Positions 12,337 to 25,950 of a stretch of DNA of 64,000 nt are shown one piece after another. The notes under the pieces are model-generated. The model saw only the letters and a program-made list of their open reading frames with translations. It was not told the origin of the DNA and searched no databases. Source of the DNA: Felis catus (lineage: Eukaryota); assembly GCF_018350175.1 (NCBI RefSeq), contig NC_058382.1, positions 54,004,001 through 54,068,000 on the forward strand, written 5' to 3'. The position numbers were made by a program, and so were the translations under genes. Position 1 is the stretch's first letter, and each line of letters opens with the position of its first letter.

Positions 12337-12338
<2 letters not shown>

Positions 12339-12370
<32 letters not shown>
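12339..12370. repeat. (GT)16 microsatellite
   Basis: Seen directly. Confidence 0.99.
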
Positions 12371-12372
<2 letters not shown>

Positions 12373-12979
12373 GTGCAGGAGCACATGTGTTTTCACGAGC
12401 TTAGTGCAAACTCCCTTAGAGTGTTTTTTCAGTCAACATGCATCAGGTACCCACAGGGTGTCAAGTGGAGAGAGGTTAGTAAAACATGGGTTTTTTCCCC
12501 CTCAAACTGCTCACAGAGAGAAGAGGAAGGAGACACAGAAGAAGGGGAAGAGGTAGATGGAGGGGAGAGGAGGTGGGGGGAGGAAGAAAATAGGGAAGAG
12601 GAGCAGGGACAGAAGTCCCTAGCTCTTGACTTTGGCTTGCCCATATAACTTGCTTCGCCCACTGGCGTGTGAGCAGGAGTGATAAAAGTCTTGCCAGGGG
12701 GTCGAATGGCTGGGTTCGCCGGCTTGTCCCTCTGCCATCGCCATGAGAAGAGCAGGCTTCGGCTAGCCTGTGGCTCCAAGGAGGATGAGGGACACGTGGA
12801 GTAGAGCCACTCCCACTGACTCTCAGCCAACCCACCGTCATGTGGCCATGACCAGCCAAGTTGACCAGAGTCACCCAACTAAGTGCAGATGACTTCATCT
12901 GAAACACAGATGCTGAAGAAATAAAAAAAAAAAAAAAAAGATTCTTTTAAGCGCATGAATTTTGGGAGGTGTTTATACA

Positions 12980-13150
12980 GCAATGGTTAAATAACACAAG
13001 CGTCATCTTCATTTTACAGATGTGGAAGCAGAGGCTACAAGAGGTTAACAATCTGCTTTGCTCAAGGTCATTGTTCAGTGCTAGGATTAACAAGCAACTC
13101 TGTCTGGACTTTGAAGCCCATTCTTCATTGTTATGAAATTCTACCCACTG
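12980..13150 (-). mobile_element. MIR fragment
   Basis: CATTTTACAGATGTGGAAGCAGAGGCT..AGAGGTTAA..TTGCTCAAGGTCA is the MIR core. Confidence 0.8.
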
Positions 13151-14349
13151 CTGAATCAATTCTTAAATGTTAAGTCATTCTCCCTACAGCATCAGTTGTT
13201 TCCTTTATATTAGAGAGTAACCTTCTAGTGACAAACTAACAGATTCACAGAAAAAGTCAATAGGACCTTTCTGACTAGGAAAATATATACATAAACCAGT
13301 GTCACATAGCTCAAGTTCCTCCAACAAAGCCCTGTGGGTCTGACAGCAAACACAGAAAAGACTTAAATTTTAATTTAAATGTAAGGGTTTCTTTTGGCCC
13401 TGTAACAACTCATCTCTCTTTAATTTATCAGGAGCCCCAGTAATAAAATAAGACCCAAATCTTCCAAAGTATAAAATATATCTACTCTCAGAAGGTTTGC
13501 AAATTACATATTAGTTAGCACTGACTTTCTTCTCCTGCTTAGATTGCCTTTTGGCTGCACCAGAGCTAGAGGGATGTGATGCCAGAATCACCTGACGGTT
13601 TCATGAAAAAAATCCACCAGTCCAAAGGCAAAGCCTGTCCACCCCCTCGCTCCAGACCTCCTAGAGCTCCGTGTGAAGAGATGCTGACTGAGTTCCGGTG
13701 ACCAAGTGAAATGGATGTTTTTACAGAGTGGCTGATGTCCCACTTCCCTGGGGAGGTCGGAGCAGGCTGACCTCCCCGGGCGGTGCACCTGCTGTGCGTT
13801 ACATGTGTGCCTGCTGTCTGCATGAGCTTGTGGATCTCACCTAGATCATTTTCACAGCATCTGTGAGATATACAATGTCCTCTTTTTCGAAGTTAGAAAA
13901 CAGAAGACAGGAGAGCTTTAGGAACACTCACACCGAAGTTACTCAACTAGGAAGGAGGAGAATCAATATTCGAGAACTTTTCCAGCCCTGTACCTTACGT
14001 GGTGCTTCATTAAAACACATTCCTAAGTGGAAAAAAATAATAATTTATGAGTTAAAAAAAAAGCTTCTGTTGAAGTACTGGGGTTGGTGAATAGGAGACT
14101 GTGTAAGATAGGATGCTCTTAGCTGCATGTAAGAAAAAATCAATTAACGGTAGCTTACGTAAGGAGATGTAAACGTTTATCTCATGTAACAGAGAGTCCA
14201 GAAACGTCGAGACTCCAGGGTTGGTGGATTCAGGGACAGGCACCGAACGCAGCAGAAGTACCACCACTCTTGTGCCCTCAGTGGACAGGGCCCACCAGCC
14301 ACAGTATTCTTTCTGCGGAGGCCAGACGTCCTCAGTCTTTCTTAACTTG

Positions 14350-15330
14350 GTTAAGAAAGCTATTATCAATTAACTAGAGTTGGCAAGTGGGATAAAATGC
14401 ATTCTTTTCTGAATCTGACTCTTGCCCGCTGAATAAATAATGCCGAAGCACCTGCCATATCCCCAGCAATCCTGACAAGCAAAATAGCGGGAAATAGAAC
14501 AGAAACAGAGCAAATGGTGCTGACCCTGGACAGTCCAAAATCTTGCTGGAGAGACAAAATACAGACACACGAAACAATGAACAGATTTATTTTAAAGCTG
14601 CATTCCTGCAGCTAGTAGAGAACAGACTGTCTTCATCACTGGTCAAGAAGATGCTCTGTAAAGGGATAATACGGAGAGTTCTGTGGTTTTCACTTTTGAC
14701 CTGGGTCTTGCAACATTCTTACTAGTGGAGCCCCCACTTCAATCAGAATGAGTCTTGTACTGATTTCACTTTATTTTTCTATTTATAAACTATCTTCCCA
14801 AAGCTAGAGAACTTCTGACAAAACACAGGACTTTTTTTTTAGAAAAAAATAGGGTTTGTGTATTAAATATCGATTTGTTCAACCATTAATAGAATGATGT
14901 CAATGTTCATTATGCTGTGGAATTTGTTTCAGAATTCTGACCATGATTACAAAGATTTATTTTTATTTTATTTTATTATCTTATTTTATTTTTTTACAAA
15001 GATGCTTTTAAATGAACATATGCTATTGTTTCCATTCAGACCTAAAATAACTTTGAAAAAATACTTCATTTATTCAACTTGTTTACAAAAATTCCTGTTC
15101 CCTCCTTCCAGGTGCTTCGTAACTTAGATAAAACCCAGATTCACAATAATGATTGCAGATTTCACGTTTTGCATCAAATTTCATTAAAGAGATATCTTGC
15201 TTTGGACTCTGAAGATACCCCTGGCTGAAATTCCAACTGTGCTGCGGGATTTTAATATGAGATCTGCGTGCACTGGTGTGTAACACCTCATTTACGGAGT
15301 CATGGGAATGACAATCACATCCTTGGGTAT
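14350..15330. promoter_or_regulatory. Candidate conserved non-coding/enhancer block
   Basis: No recognisable repeat, AT-rich. Contains FOX TGTTTAC (15080-15086), ATCGAT and several ATTA/TAAT motifs. Conservation is inferred, not observed. Confidence 0.35.
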
Positions 15331-15899
15331 CTGGGATGGCCTGTTCTCAGCCAGGGAGCCAGATGGAACACCACCAGCATTTAGAGACCAGACAGATTAC
15401 CAGGAAGAGGAATGGCTGCATGTGGAGTCAGGCACAGAGTCAAGAAAAATGTAAATTTAAGACCGAGTGAAAATTTGTCATGTCACAAATGCTCAGACTT
15501 CTTTGGCCACTAGTCACTTCCGTGGTCACAACACAGCCTTGTACCACACCATTCACCGTCATCACTGCCAAAGCACTATTTTCAGTGGGCTATTGCTAAC
15601 CCAGCTGTGGGCCCCCACCTCTGTTTCAAGCCAGCACTGCCCCCTCCCAGTCTTACCTTCTCCAATGCTGCCAGTGATATTTGGTTTCAGTTTATAATAT
15701 AATCCATAAAGTATGCAAGCCATTTATTTTTCAACTTTTACAACTCGATCTTTAAAACTCTTTGGAGATTTTATCTTCCAAATTTAGTATTTTTAATTTT
15801 CCTGATGGTAGTCTACCTTAATTTGGCCAATAAGGGCAAGTAATGAAGCTTTAGGAACCCTGATAAGATATAATTTATTACAATAAATATAATAGAGCA

Positions 15900-16320
15900 G
15901 GTTTCAGTTAAATGTAATTTTTTTTCTTATTGTGAAACAAAGACATGCTCATTACAATCAATTCAGACCCTCTCCAAAAGTATAAGGAAGAATTTAAAAG
16001 TCACGTTCAATCTCCCAGAATAACCATGGTTAGCATGTTGGGGCATATCAACGAAGACGCACTCACTCTCACGTGCCCATATGCACACGTGAGCACATTT
16101 TCCATAAGATGGGATCGTGCATACTTGACTGCCAGCGTTTTTTTCACTCAATAATATACCACGGGCATTTTTTCCCAAGTCAATAAGCACAGATTTTCAC
16201 AATCAAATTAAATGCTGCAGGAGATCCCACCTGCTGACTGACGTACCAAAATGCATTTTGCCAATCCTATGTTGATTATTTAGGGTAATGCCAACATTTC
16301 AATGTTATAAATCACCTTGC
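15900..16320 (-). mobile_element. Old L1ME-type fragment
   Basis: TTTTTTTCACTCAATAATATACCACGGGCATTTTTTCCCAAGTCAATAAG..TTATTTAGGGTAATGCCAACATTT resembles a reverse L1ME 3' end. Confidence 0.65.
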
Positions 16321-18379
16321 TGGGAAGATGTGCTAGTATCCTTCCCCAGCCATGACCTGGCTGACCTCTCAAAAACAGAATAATGGCCCTGCTCTTCTGC
16401 CGCTGCAAAACCTTTTACGCTCACCACCGTCTGCGGACATCACAGCGGAGAGGACCCAGTGCCTGCGAACGCAGGGCCCGCAACTAAGCGGAGCACCCCC
16501 GTGGTCCGTCTGCCAGGAGCTGAGGCACAGAGGTCCCTAAAGACTTCTTCACGAGTTTACACAAGCTGTTCTCCAGAGCAGCTCCAGAAGTAACTGGGAG
16601 ACTGGAAGGTGGAAAGCTGGAAATCTTACCCAGTATTGTGAGGGACAATTCAGAGAAAGACTGTTCTCAGTCCCATTCCTGTGACTGGTCTCTGAGTGCT
16701 GGGAGGAAAACTTGCATCATAAAAAGAACGAACAAACGGTCGTGTTGTGAAGGCGCCACCAGCGATGGGGCCAGCTTCTCTTCAGTTCTCCCCAGAAACA
16801 AAACAGATGAAGAAGTCTCACCGTCATCGCTTTTAGAAGCCAGCCCAGAGACCGCAGGGAGAACCTTCACGGACCCTCGACAGTGCCTGGGACTGCAGTT
16901 CGGAAGCCACCAGCCCAGGAAAGGCCACCGCCCAAGAGCGGCTTTATCCATTATCCAATGCTGCCTCCTTCAGCCGGCCTTCTGCAGGTGTACTTTCTCT
17001 CCCAAAGGAACGCGGTTGCTAACTTTCTTGTTTTTGTCGCCAGGGCTTTAAGAGTGTGGTGGCAGGACGCTCGGTGGCCCTTGACCACTCCCTGTGAGGC
17101 AACTTCAAAGTCAGGTTGCAGACTCTTTCCCTCATGACGAACGGGCAACATGGCAGTTTGTTTTCTTATGCCTCTGCCATCTTAAACGGTTCATAATTGC
17201 CACAATCTCTCTGAAATCAGTTGTTTCTACAATTAATGACTGATTTCACAGGGCATTAACCATCCCCAGTAACAGTTCATTAACTGCTGGCAAGCGGGAA
17301 TATGCCGCCGTTCGAAGGCACTTACGCTGCGTTCAGAGGACCCGTGCCCGCAGGGAAATAACAAGGAAGACGGCCTTTCTGGGCACCTGGAGTCACGGCG
17401 CAGGGTCGCAGATCCCCGCAAGATACTTTTGGTGTCTCCAGTCGGGCCTGAAGCTGCGGCCAGGCGGCCAAGATGCCAGGGGGTGGCGCTGGGACCAGAG
17501 TGGGAAGGAACCGTGGCCCGTGACGGGGAGGACTACAGCAGTCCACTACAAGCTCCCGTGATTAGTGAAGGCAGGTGGTGGCAGTCCGCGGAGGGGGACA
17601 GCAGGAGGTCCGTGCAAAGGGCAAAAGGGAAGGTGACTGCTGCTTGCAGGGGCTCCAAGCTATTGCCTGCCCCCACACGCTGGACCTGAAGCTTCTCTAG
17701 AGCAAGAGGCGCACTCCGGCACGGCATCCCCGGGGCCTAGCCCAGTACCTGGCACAGGCTACGTGTCGAGTAAGTGAACAAACTAGAGGCAGAGGGGAGT
17801 TCGAGGCCAGAGCGAGCCTTGCTGAGTACAGAATAGAGACCTACACCTACAGGGAAGCGGAGGCAAACCCTTATGCATGAGCTGGGCCAAATGGAGACCT
17901 AGAACGGGCTTGAGAGCACGCTCTCCAGACTCTGCGTTCCAGGCTGGTATTGAGCTGGCTTCCACTACGAGCTACGGGGTGGCTCAACTTTCTAATGGTC
18001 CTACCTTGGCAAGGCTGGCACGGGAACTGAACGGGCCTGGGGAGCCCACTGGCGAAGGTCCATACCAGTGCACCACCAGGAGAGGGTGACTGGGGAGGTA
18101 ATGTTCCCCAAATACGGTGTAACCCTATAGTGGCCAACGAGACCTCCATTTTGGCCCCCATTACGCCTTCAGCCTCACCCCAAACTCTTCTCTTTCCTTG
18201 CTTCTATCACACTGGCTTCCTCCTACATGCCATATTGTTTCCCACTTTTGGGCCTCTGCACACACTATGGTCTCTGAATCTAATGTGTTCCCCTTCCTTT
18301 GGTTCAGCTGATGCCTGGATGTCTCCTGAACTGAGCTCTCACTGTCTCTGCCAGAGAAATCTCCATCGGAAACACTCTT

Positions 18380-18572
18380 AGTACTCGGTGCCCTTTGTAG
18401 CACAGGTGCAACTTGTCAGTGTTGTGTTGCCGTGTGGTTAATGTTGTCATTCTCACTCACAATCAAACTCCAGATAACCCACGTGCACTGTGTTCAGCCC
18501 TGTTTCTCCAGTGCCTAGCACCATGCCTGGAACACAGTAGGTTTTCAAAACATTTTTGCTAAATGAATGAAG
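18380..18572 (+). mobile_element. L2 3' end
   Basis: TCCAGTGCCTAGCACCATGCCTGGAACACAGTAGGTTTTCAAAACATTTTTGCTAAATGAATGAA. Confidence 0.85.
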
Positions 18573-19625
18573 GCATGTGAACGGGTCCTTCATTTTCCAG
18601 TGGGTGACAAGATTGGAGTCAATGAACTGGAGGAATCTGCCACATCCTTCAGCAAACAGGCTGTCTTCACGACATACACCTTTGACCATCTTAGGGGAGT
18701 ATGAAGATTTTCTGGAAATAATCATTAAAAGACAAAGCAAATCAAGGCCAGAAATGGCTTGTTTTCACCCTGTGTGTTGTCTTTTGCCTATTCAGGCTAA
18801 AACAGCACATTTCCTGGGAGGCTGGGTATCTTTACAGATGAATTCACCACTTGGAAGCATTTGACAAAGGTTGACTTGTTCCCATCTAAGTTGACACCCT
18901 TTCCTGGGTTTCATGGGTCTCTGGCCTGAAAAATACATTGAAAACATCTCAAAGCCTTAGTAAAGTTAAATTGGAATCCGTTGACTTCATCTTTATGGTG
19001 GGCATTGCAAATCACTTTCAGGATCAGTGTGTTTTGGGTTTTGTTTTTATTTTTGTTTGCGCCCCTAAAAAACGGAAAGAAGAAGAAATACGCCCCAGGG
19101 GAGGCTCACGGCTGGCTGGGACTGTTGGGAGTTTTGTCATCTGAAGCTCCACTCGGGGCAGAAGGGGGCCAGGATTAGGGGGCAAAGCAGCAAATGAGCT
19201 CAGAGAGGCAGGAACAAAAGCTGAAAGAGGTGACCTCACCTCACAGGGCCAAAGGAACAAAGCTCCCACCCAGCCCTCGGCCACACTGCTTCAGCTTGGT
19301 CCCGGTCTTTGTAACCACAGCTTAACAGTTTACGTGGGTGACGTGCACAGTGCTTTCACGTTCATTAACTCATTTGATCCTCACAACTCGGGGGAGGAGA
19401 CTGGGGCAGGACTTTGTCGGCTGGGAGAAAAACAGAAACTCAGCTTGCAAGGGACAGTGACCCACTCTTTTGACCCCCTCGACCAGTTTTCATTGTCGTA
19501 TGTAACCCTTCCTACCAGCTTCAAAATAATACTTACTGAGAACTTGCTCTGTTAACACCAAAGACTCTGCAAAATGTGTTACACGCATTATCGTATTTAA
19601 TCCTCTCAATAACACCATGAGGGTG

Positions 19626-20122
19626 TGTACTTCCTTCATGAGGCCGCTGGAATGAATCACCACAAGTTTCTGTGAACAATGGAAATTTAGTCTCTCAGAG
19701 CTCTGGAAACCGAAGTCCAAAGTCGGTGTCGCTGGCTAAAATCAAGGTGCCAGAAAGGCTGCTTCTTTCTGGAAGCTCTGGGGCAGAATCCCTTCCTTGC
19801 CTCTCCCAGCTTCCACTGGCTGCTGCCATCCCTTGGCTTGCGGCCCCATCATTCCAGTTTCCAAGGCCAGCATATTTAAATCCCTCTCTGTATTCATCTC
19901 CGTCCTCTGTGTCTCCTCCTCTGTGTGTCTGTGAAATGTGCTTCTGCCTCCCTCTGTGAGGATCCTTGTGATAGCACTAAGAGCCCACCTGGATTATCCA
20001 GGATCATCTTCCCCTCTCAAGATCCTGAACTTTAATCGTACCCACAAAGTCCCTTTTCCCACTGAAGCTAAAACTTGCAGGTTCCGGGGATCGGGACACG
20101 CGTATCTTTTCAGCCTGTCACA
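19626..20122 (-). mobile_element. MLT1 (C-E-like) solo LTR inserted into a MIR
   Basis: GCTAAAATCAAGGTG..CTGGAAGCTCTGGGGCAGAATCC..CCTTGGCTTG..GGATTATCCAGGATCATCT. MIR sequence lies on both sides (about 19520-19625 and 20123-20240). Confidence 0.85.
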
Positions 20123-20840
20123 GGCAGGTAATGTTCTTCCCGCTGCGCAGGCAGAGGAAACTGAGGCATGAGAGATGAAATCACACGCCCAAGGAGATGA
20201 GACTAGGGCTTGACCCAGTCACTGTCACCAAAGCCCACTAAGCCGTAACACTTTCCGAACTTGCCTATCACCCGCGCGCTCTTCTTAAAGAAACAAAAGA
20301 CAACTCCAAAGACAGTCTAATTATTCTCCTCCGGGCATTAAGTCTGAGGTTAGCAGGGACTGTGGCCAAGGAAGCACAGTGCCCAGGAAAGAAGCCTCAG
20401 TCCCCCTCCCACACACACACACGCCGGACCACTCATCTTACTCTGTGAACAAGTGAGTCGCTTCGGAGAGGCTCTCAGCTTGAGAACCACATCTTGTTTC
20501 CCGCGAAAGCCTTCTCAAGGCGTAGCCCCCTCACCTCGCCCCGTCTTCCCACGCCAGCTGTCACCCAGCAGAGGTGTGGGGAACAGTTTTCATTCTTGTG
20601 GAACATACCCAGGGAAGGCCAGATATTCGTGGTTCCTGGATTAAGGGAAATGTTTCCTTTGGAGCTGCTTTCCTACAGAAATGTATTACTGCGTGGATTC
20701 AAGTCTCCTCACTTTCTAATAAAACTATTACCACTTTAGGTCCAAACTGGTAATGGGAATCTGTAAGGGATCCAGCTTTACAAAAGCTTCCAGAATTTGT
20801 ATCATACCAGCAACTATATATGCATGGATAGAGGTGAGAA

Positions 20841-20841
<1 letters not shown>

Positions 20842-20882
<41 letters not shown>
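20842..20882. repeat. (CA)n microsatellite, about 20 units
   Basis: Seen directly. Confidence 0.99.
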
Positions 20883-20883
<1 letters not shown>

Positions 20884-22058
20884 TTCCTCAGCCTCACACT
20901 GCATCCTCTGGAACTATCTCAGAAGGGAGGTACCATCCAGGCCCCCTTGCCACTCCTCCATCGTGAGCAGAGTCACAGCAGGCCCAGAAGTGACAGGCCC
21001 TGTGGAAAATGGAATGAACACGCACACTGACTCAGCCTCAGACCTCACAGATCCAGCAGGACTGAATGCAACTGTCGAGAGCTCATCTTCTCGGGGTTCC
21101 AAGTCCGCAGCCCAGCCATTGCGAACCCCCGACACAGCACTTCAGAAGGATGATCGGGGAACTGAAACTCTGGGTGAGAACGTGAGAACAAAAAATGAGG
21201 CCACAGACAGGGAAGAGCTCAAAAACAAGTCACAGGCAGATGTGATTAAGAGGCAAAAGGAGGATTTCAGAGCACTTCTCTCTGTATGGGCAAAGAGGAG
21301 AGGACTGATGCTCGAGATGAATATAATACTGCCGGGGACCAAAACAGTCAACTTCCGAAGTCTCCAGGAGCCTCTTTCAGGCCATTCAGAGTTACTACAG
21401 GTGACGTCAAAGGATAAAACTAACTTACAGCAACACCCTTAACTCTGCCATTTGATCACCGAACAGCAAGGTCCCCAACTGATTACTCTCGAGTGACTGT
21501 GAGTCCTTTACCACCACCAGGGACCACTGTCGAGCCAGGGGGCTGGCCCCACATGCCACGCTGTAGGACAGAAGGCAGTGCTGTGTCCTACTGTGAGTGT
21601 CCTCACAGAGCCATCTCAGAGCGTCTGGGACCCAAATCACATACTCGCTTCAACATACAAATGAGTCCTTCGAAGCCACAGCTCCTTAGTATCAGATGAA
21701 GCCCTTTTAGGCCCACAACCTCCGGGCAAGGCATCCAATCAAATTTTGCATCAGGATTTGAGATCAGGGTTCAAATCCCCAGGGGGCCTCGTACAGACCC
21801 TGAGAGCCATCCCACACCTCCTGGGGAACCATGCTGGCCAAAATCAGTCCCGTGCCCCCCTAAGTCCCAGATCTCTCTGACTTTGTGTCTTCTCACCCGT
21901 GTGTAATGGGCTTAAGAATCTGCCCCTGGCCATCAGGAAGGTCCTGTGAAGAATACATATATGAGAGTGCTCCGTAAACTAAAATGTTTTATTTAGACAG
22001 AGTAAAGAATGATAAATTTTCCACTGAAGAAAGAGTACTATACAAAAAGATTATTTTC

Positions 22059-22274
22059 GGAGCGTGTGGGTGGCTCAGTCGGTTGAGCGTCCGACTTCAG
22101 CTCAGGTCATGATCTCACAGTCTGTGAGTTCGAGCCCCACATTGGGCTCTGTGCTGACAGCTCAGAGCCTGGAACCTGCTTCAGATTCTATGTCTCCCTC
22201 TCTCTCCGCCCTCCCCCCTGCTCACATTCTGTCCCTCTCTCTTTCAAAAATAAACATTAAAAAAAAATTTTTTT
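22059..22274 (+). mobile_element. SINEC_Fc-type SINE
   Basis: Typical body with a perfect 12-bp TSD AAGATTATTTTC at 22047-22058 and 22275-22286. Confidence 0.97.
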
Positions 22275-24171
22275 AAGATTATTTTCTAAAGCAATTGCAT
22301 GGTAATTCATCAAAACTGTTTAATGCTATTCAACTAAAGTTTGGCTGCAGTTGAAAAGATGGTCTTTTAAAACTAAGGCTTGGGTTGCCCCCCTATTAGG
22401 AAGACAGCTCTATTCAGGAAAGCAGGAGACCCACGTCGGCTAGAAACTGACCTCTGGGTCAGGGTTTACCCCGCGATTGTTAAATTTGCCCCTCGCCGAT
22501 ACTGTCCCAAAGAAGACCTCTCCAGTGTAATGACTTGCATTTGCACCCATTCTTGCTAAGCCAGAGGAGGAGCACACCCGGGCTTTTGCACACCAGGCCT
22601 TGCTCCTGCAGGGTGCAGCCCACATCGCTCCACCAGAAGAAGCCTTGCACTGCTTGTCCAGACAGGCAGGTATGGCAAAGTGTGTTCCAAAGCCGAGGCA
22701 AGATGGGAAGAAGTTGCCTCCCTCTCACCCAACAGGGAGCTCTGCCCCTTGGGTAAAGGATGCATCAGAATTCAATGTCTGCACAGGATAGATAAGGATA
22801 TGCCAGATATTTGCGAGAATTAGAAAAAGAGCTTCCCTCCAGGTGGGACAATGTTTTCAAATGTACCTCGTTCTCTGAGCGGCATGGCCCTGGAACCAGA
22901 GTCTCCAGCTTAATTAGGATCCAAAGTAATCGCCTTGGTCTACAAGGTCCTTGCCTGTCAAGTACCCGTGTACCCGAGGAAACTCCTCATGGGGTTTCTG
23001 CCTACTCCTTGGTCGTGCCGGCCACTTGCATACCTTTGCCCTTGACTTCCCTCTGCCAGGAACGTCCTCTCCTCAAGCCTCGCCTACTTTTTTATCTAGA
23101 AAACCCCTATTCACCCTTCAAGATCCAACAAAGTCCGCCCCTTCAGTGGAGGCTTCTCCCTGCTCTCAGCCTTGCTTCATCCTTGATTCCTTGGAGGCCA
23201 GCCCAGCGCCTAGCACGAAGTGAGCGCTTGCACCTGCTGGGTGAAGGAAGGAATCTGTCATTTAAGCCCCCTGGGCAGCCTGCATATATCTTGGTAAGCC
23301 TCCCAATGCCCCATGTTTGAGCATGTATCACTTTGTACTATAAATGTGAGTTCTTAAGGGGGAGGATCTGTGTCCTTTAAGTTCTGCATCCCTGAAATCC
23401 AGCAGAGAGCGCATAACATGCTTGTCGAACTGAAGGTATTCAAAGCGAGGATCTGTAAGAGCAATCCACTTCAAAATTTTTATTTCTGGCAAACTGGTCC
23501 ACATCTGACATTCAGCAGAATGAGAATCCTAAGATGAAAGGTCTGTGCCACTCACTAGGGCTGATGACTTTCCTTAAGAGAAGCGCCCGCTCAGAAGGTC
23601 CACATCAGACTCCTCTGAGCTATGTGCCATTGACCTTACTCTGAAGGATAGACACAGCAGGCCATAGGACACAGAAGGCACTGCAGACGGGATTGGGTTT
23701 CCTAACTCCCGTCTTTAAACTTTGTTGACTGTTGCTTTAAATATTTATAACCCAAGCAGGAAGTTTGGCTGGAATGGAGAAGAGTGGGGGAGGAGGATCT
23801 GTTTCCCTCTGCCTCGATGATGCTGGCTGGCGGAGTGCGCCCTCGCACTGCCCTTCCACGTCTTGGCCGCTGGCCCCCAAATGTCAGCCCATCCACGGCG
23901 GGTGGGGCGACTGTGTGGGGATTTTTAAATGACGGTTTTGTTTTTATCCACAGCTATTTTTCCTAGTCTCGGGATGTACTGTTGACCCAGTCAGGCAACA
24001 GGGACACAATGCAGAAAATTGTCACTTGACCCATCCCTGCGTGGAGGGGCCCAGCCATTATGTAAAAAGGCACAAAAGCTTCGCTTGGGGCCAAAAATTC
24101 CAAGTCAATGCTGAGTGGGCTGGGAAGTTAGAAGTGGGATGCCTCAGAGGGATGATAGGTTTTCTCTCTGG

Positions 24172-24175
24172 TTTT

Positions 24176-24206
<31 letters not shown>

Positions 24207-24207
24207 A
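24172..24207. repeat. (TTTTG)n repeat
   Basis: Seen directly. Confidence 0.95.
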
Positions 24208-25179
24208 GGAGAGAGACGGAATCTTCCAGATAGGGCCTGCTCAATAGTTCTCAGCAGAAATAAATACTGCAAGAAAGATAAGCCCTGACAATCACCACTG
24301 TTTATGTAGAATCTCTGGCAAACGGCATCCAACTCAGCGAGTTTTCAAATATGCATCACCCTGCCGCAACAGTCCCTCCCCACACTATTTCCAGCTAGTG
24401 GATTTTGTTTAGGACCGTTTTCATGATTTGCACTCGTTCTGTAAGCAACACGAGGACCGACTCCAAAAGAAAAGCTAATCAGGGCTCTACCCAGAGACCC
24501 TGCAATCGAAGTCAGATGTGCTGAAGGAAAAATTAATGGAAACACAGAAGGGAAGGGCGCGATGCTGATTTCATAGCAGAGAGGAGGAGCTGACGGGAGG
24601 GGATCTGCGCCGGGCAGAGGCTCCGAGGGAATATTCCAGCTGTGCCATCGCACATTGTATTCATCATGCACGAGGCAACATCTGTATAAAACATCGGACG
24701 TTCCCGGGGCCCAAACATCAGGGGTAAAGAAAGCGTGTTTGAAGAAGGGGGTGAAAAGCAGAGTGGTTTGTGCGGCCAACAAATAGCCGCGAATAGCCAC
24801 TCGAGCGGGTGAAAGGAGACACTGGCGCTCAGCTCTGTGTCTTTCGAGCAGTTCTGCGGAGCGTAGCAGGTTGAGTGAGAACCAGCTCGGTCACATGGTA
24901 GTAAAAACAAAACAACACCAGCAATACAAGGCCTTTGGACAGTACCCCTGGAGGTGACCTTCACTTCTGGCTCAGACCGCGAGGTACCACGTAGGTGAAA
25001 GTGTGACTTGGGATATAAACCAACGAGAGTCTCGTGAGCGATGAAATCACGGACGAAATAAGATCTCTCACAACCGCGGAGGTGTGTGCCCACAACACGA
25101 ACGAATGGGAAGAGCCAAAATGTTTTTGAGCTCACAGATGGTGCCGTATTAGCCGACTTATTCATTCTAAGTGTGAGAA

Positions 25180-25950
25180 AGGAGCTTTTTAATCCTAAAA
25201 AATTGGAGACACTCATTCAGCCCGCCATAAATTATGTGATTGTAGCCAATCAGTGCTGTCAAGTTAAGCATTCTTTCATTAAAGATAAAAACGTCTTCAA
25301 AAGACAGCAAAGCCTAAACCACCCTCCGGTGAAAGCTCTGATACTGGTGATCTCTTCCCTGATTTTTTGGCAATCTGTCTTTCCATTTCAGGACCAGTTA
25401 AAATGGCACATCTACTGATGAAAAAGTCTCATGAGGTTAGCTCCAACCTTCCCCTGACTTTATCTTACACCTCTTTTCGTGTATCTACATGTACTCTTTT
25501 GATGTTTAAAGGCACGCATATGCGTGTGGATAAAATACACATCACAGCCCACATACAGACACATAATAGTTGCCGTATCCATTCACCCAAATCAGATTGG
25601 AGAGAATTAGCACATTTAACAGCTTTCATTTAAGGGAACAAGATGCATCACAAAGGCGACCTAATAAAGACTTCATTTAAAAAGAATCTCCAAAAACATA
25701 TGCACCCTGCCACCAGCTAAAGGTCACATGCTTTATCCCATACATCTGCCTCCTACCTCTAAAAATATAAATAGAAAGCTATTCAATTTAAAAATTCAAT
25801 TTATAAATTGCTCTGCTATGCTCTGTAACCACCATTAATAAATGATAATTGACTTCACCGTTCTGTAACCACCTTTGTTTCACTCGGGATACGTAGTCAA
25901 TTACCTAGCAATAATGACGGCCGCATGCTATGTTACTGCTTAATTTCACA
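25180..25950. promoter_or_regulatory. Candidate conserved non-coding/enhancer block
   Basis: Repeat-free and AT-rich. Contains CCATAAA (posterior HOX/CDX-like), CTGTCA (TALE/MEIS), CCAAT and multiple TAAT/ATTA. It directly follows a CpG-rich patch. Confidence 0.4.

Noticed and set aside
20753..21442. 229-aa ORF on the + strand
   Set aside because: It reads through a (CA)n tract (HTHT..), and I see no recognisable domain or exon structure. The charged C-terminal part may be a decayed L1/HAL1 ORF1-like remnant (unverified).
24533..25216. 227-aa ORF on the - strand
   Set aside because: No recognisable homology or splice context. It is consistent with a chance ORF in a CpG-rich segment.
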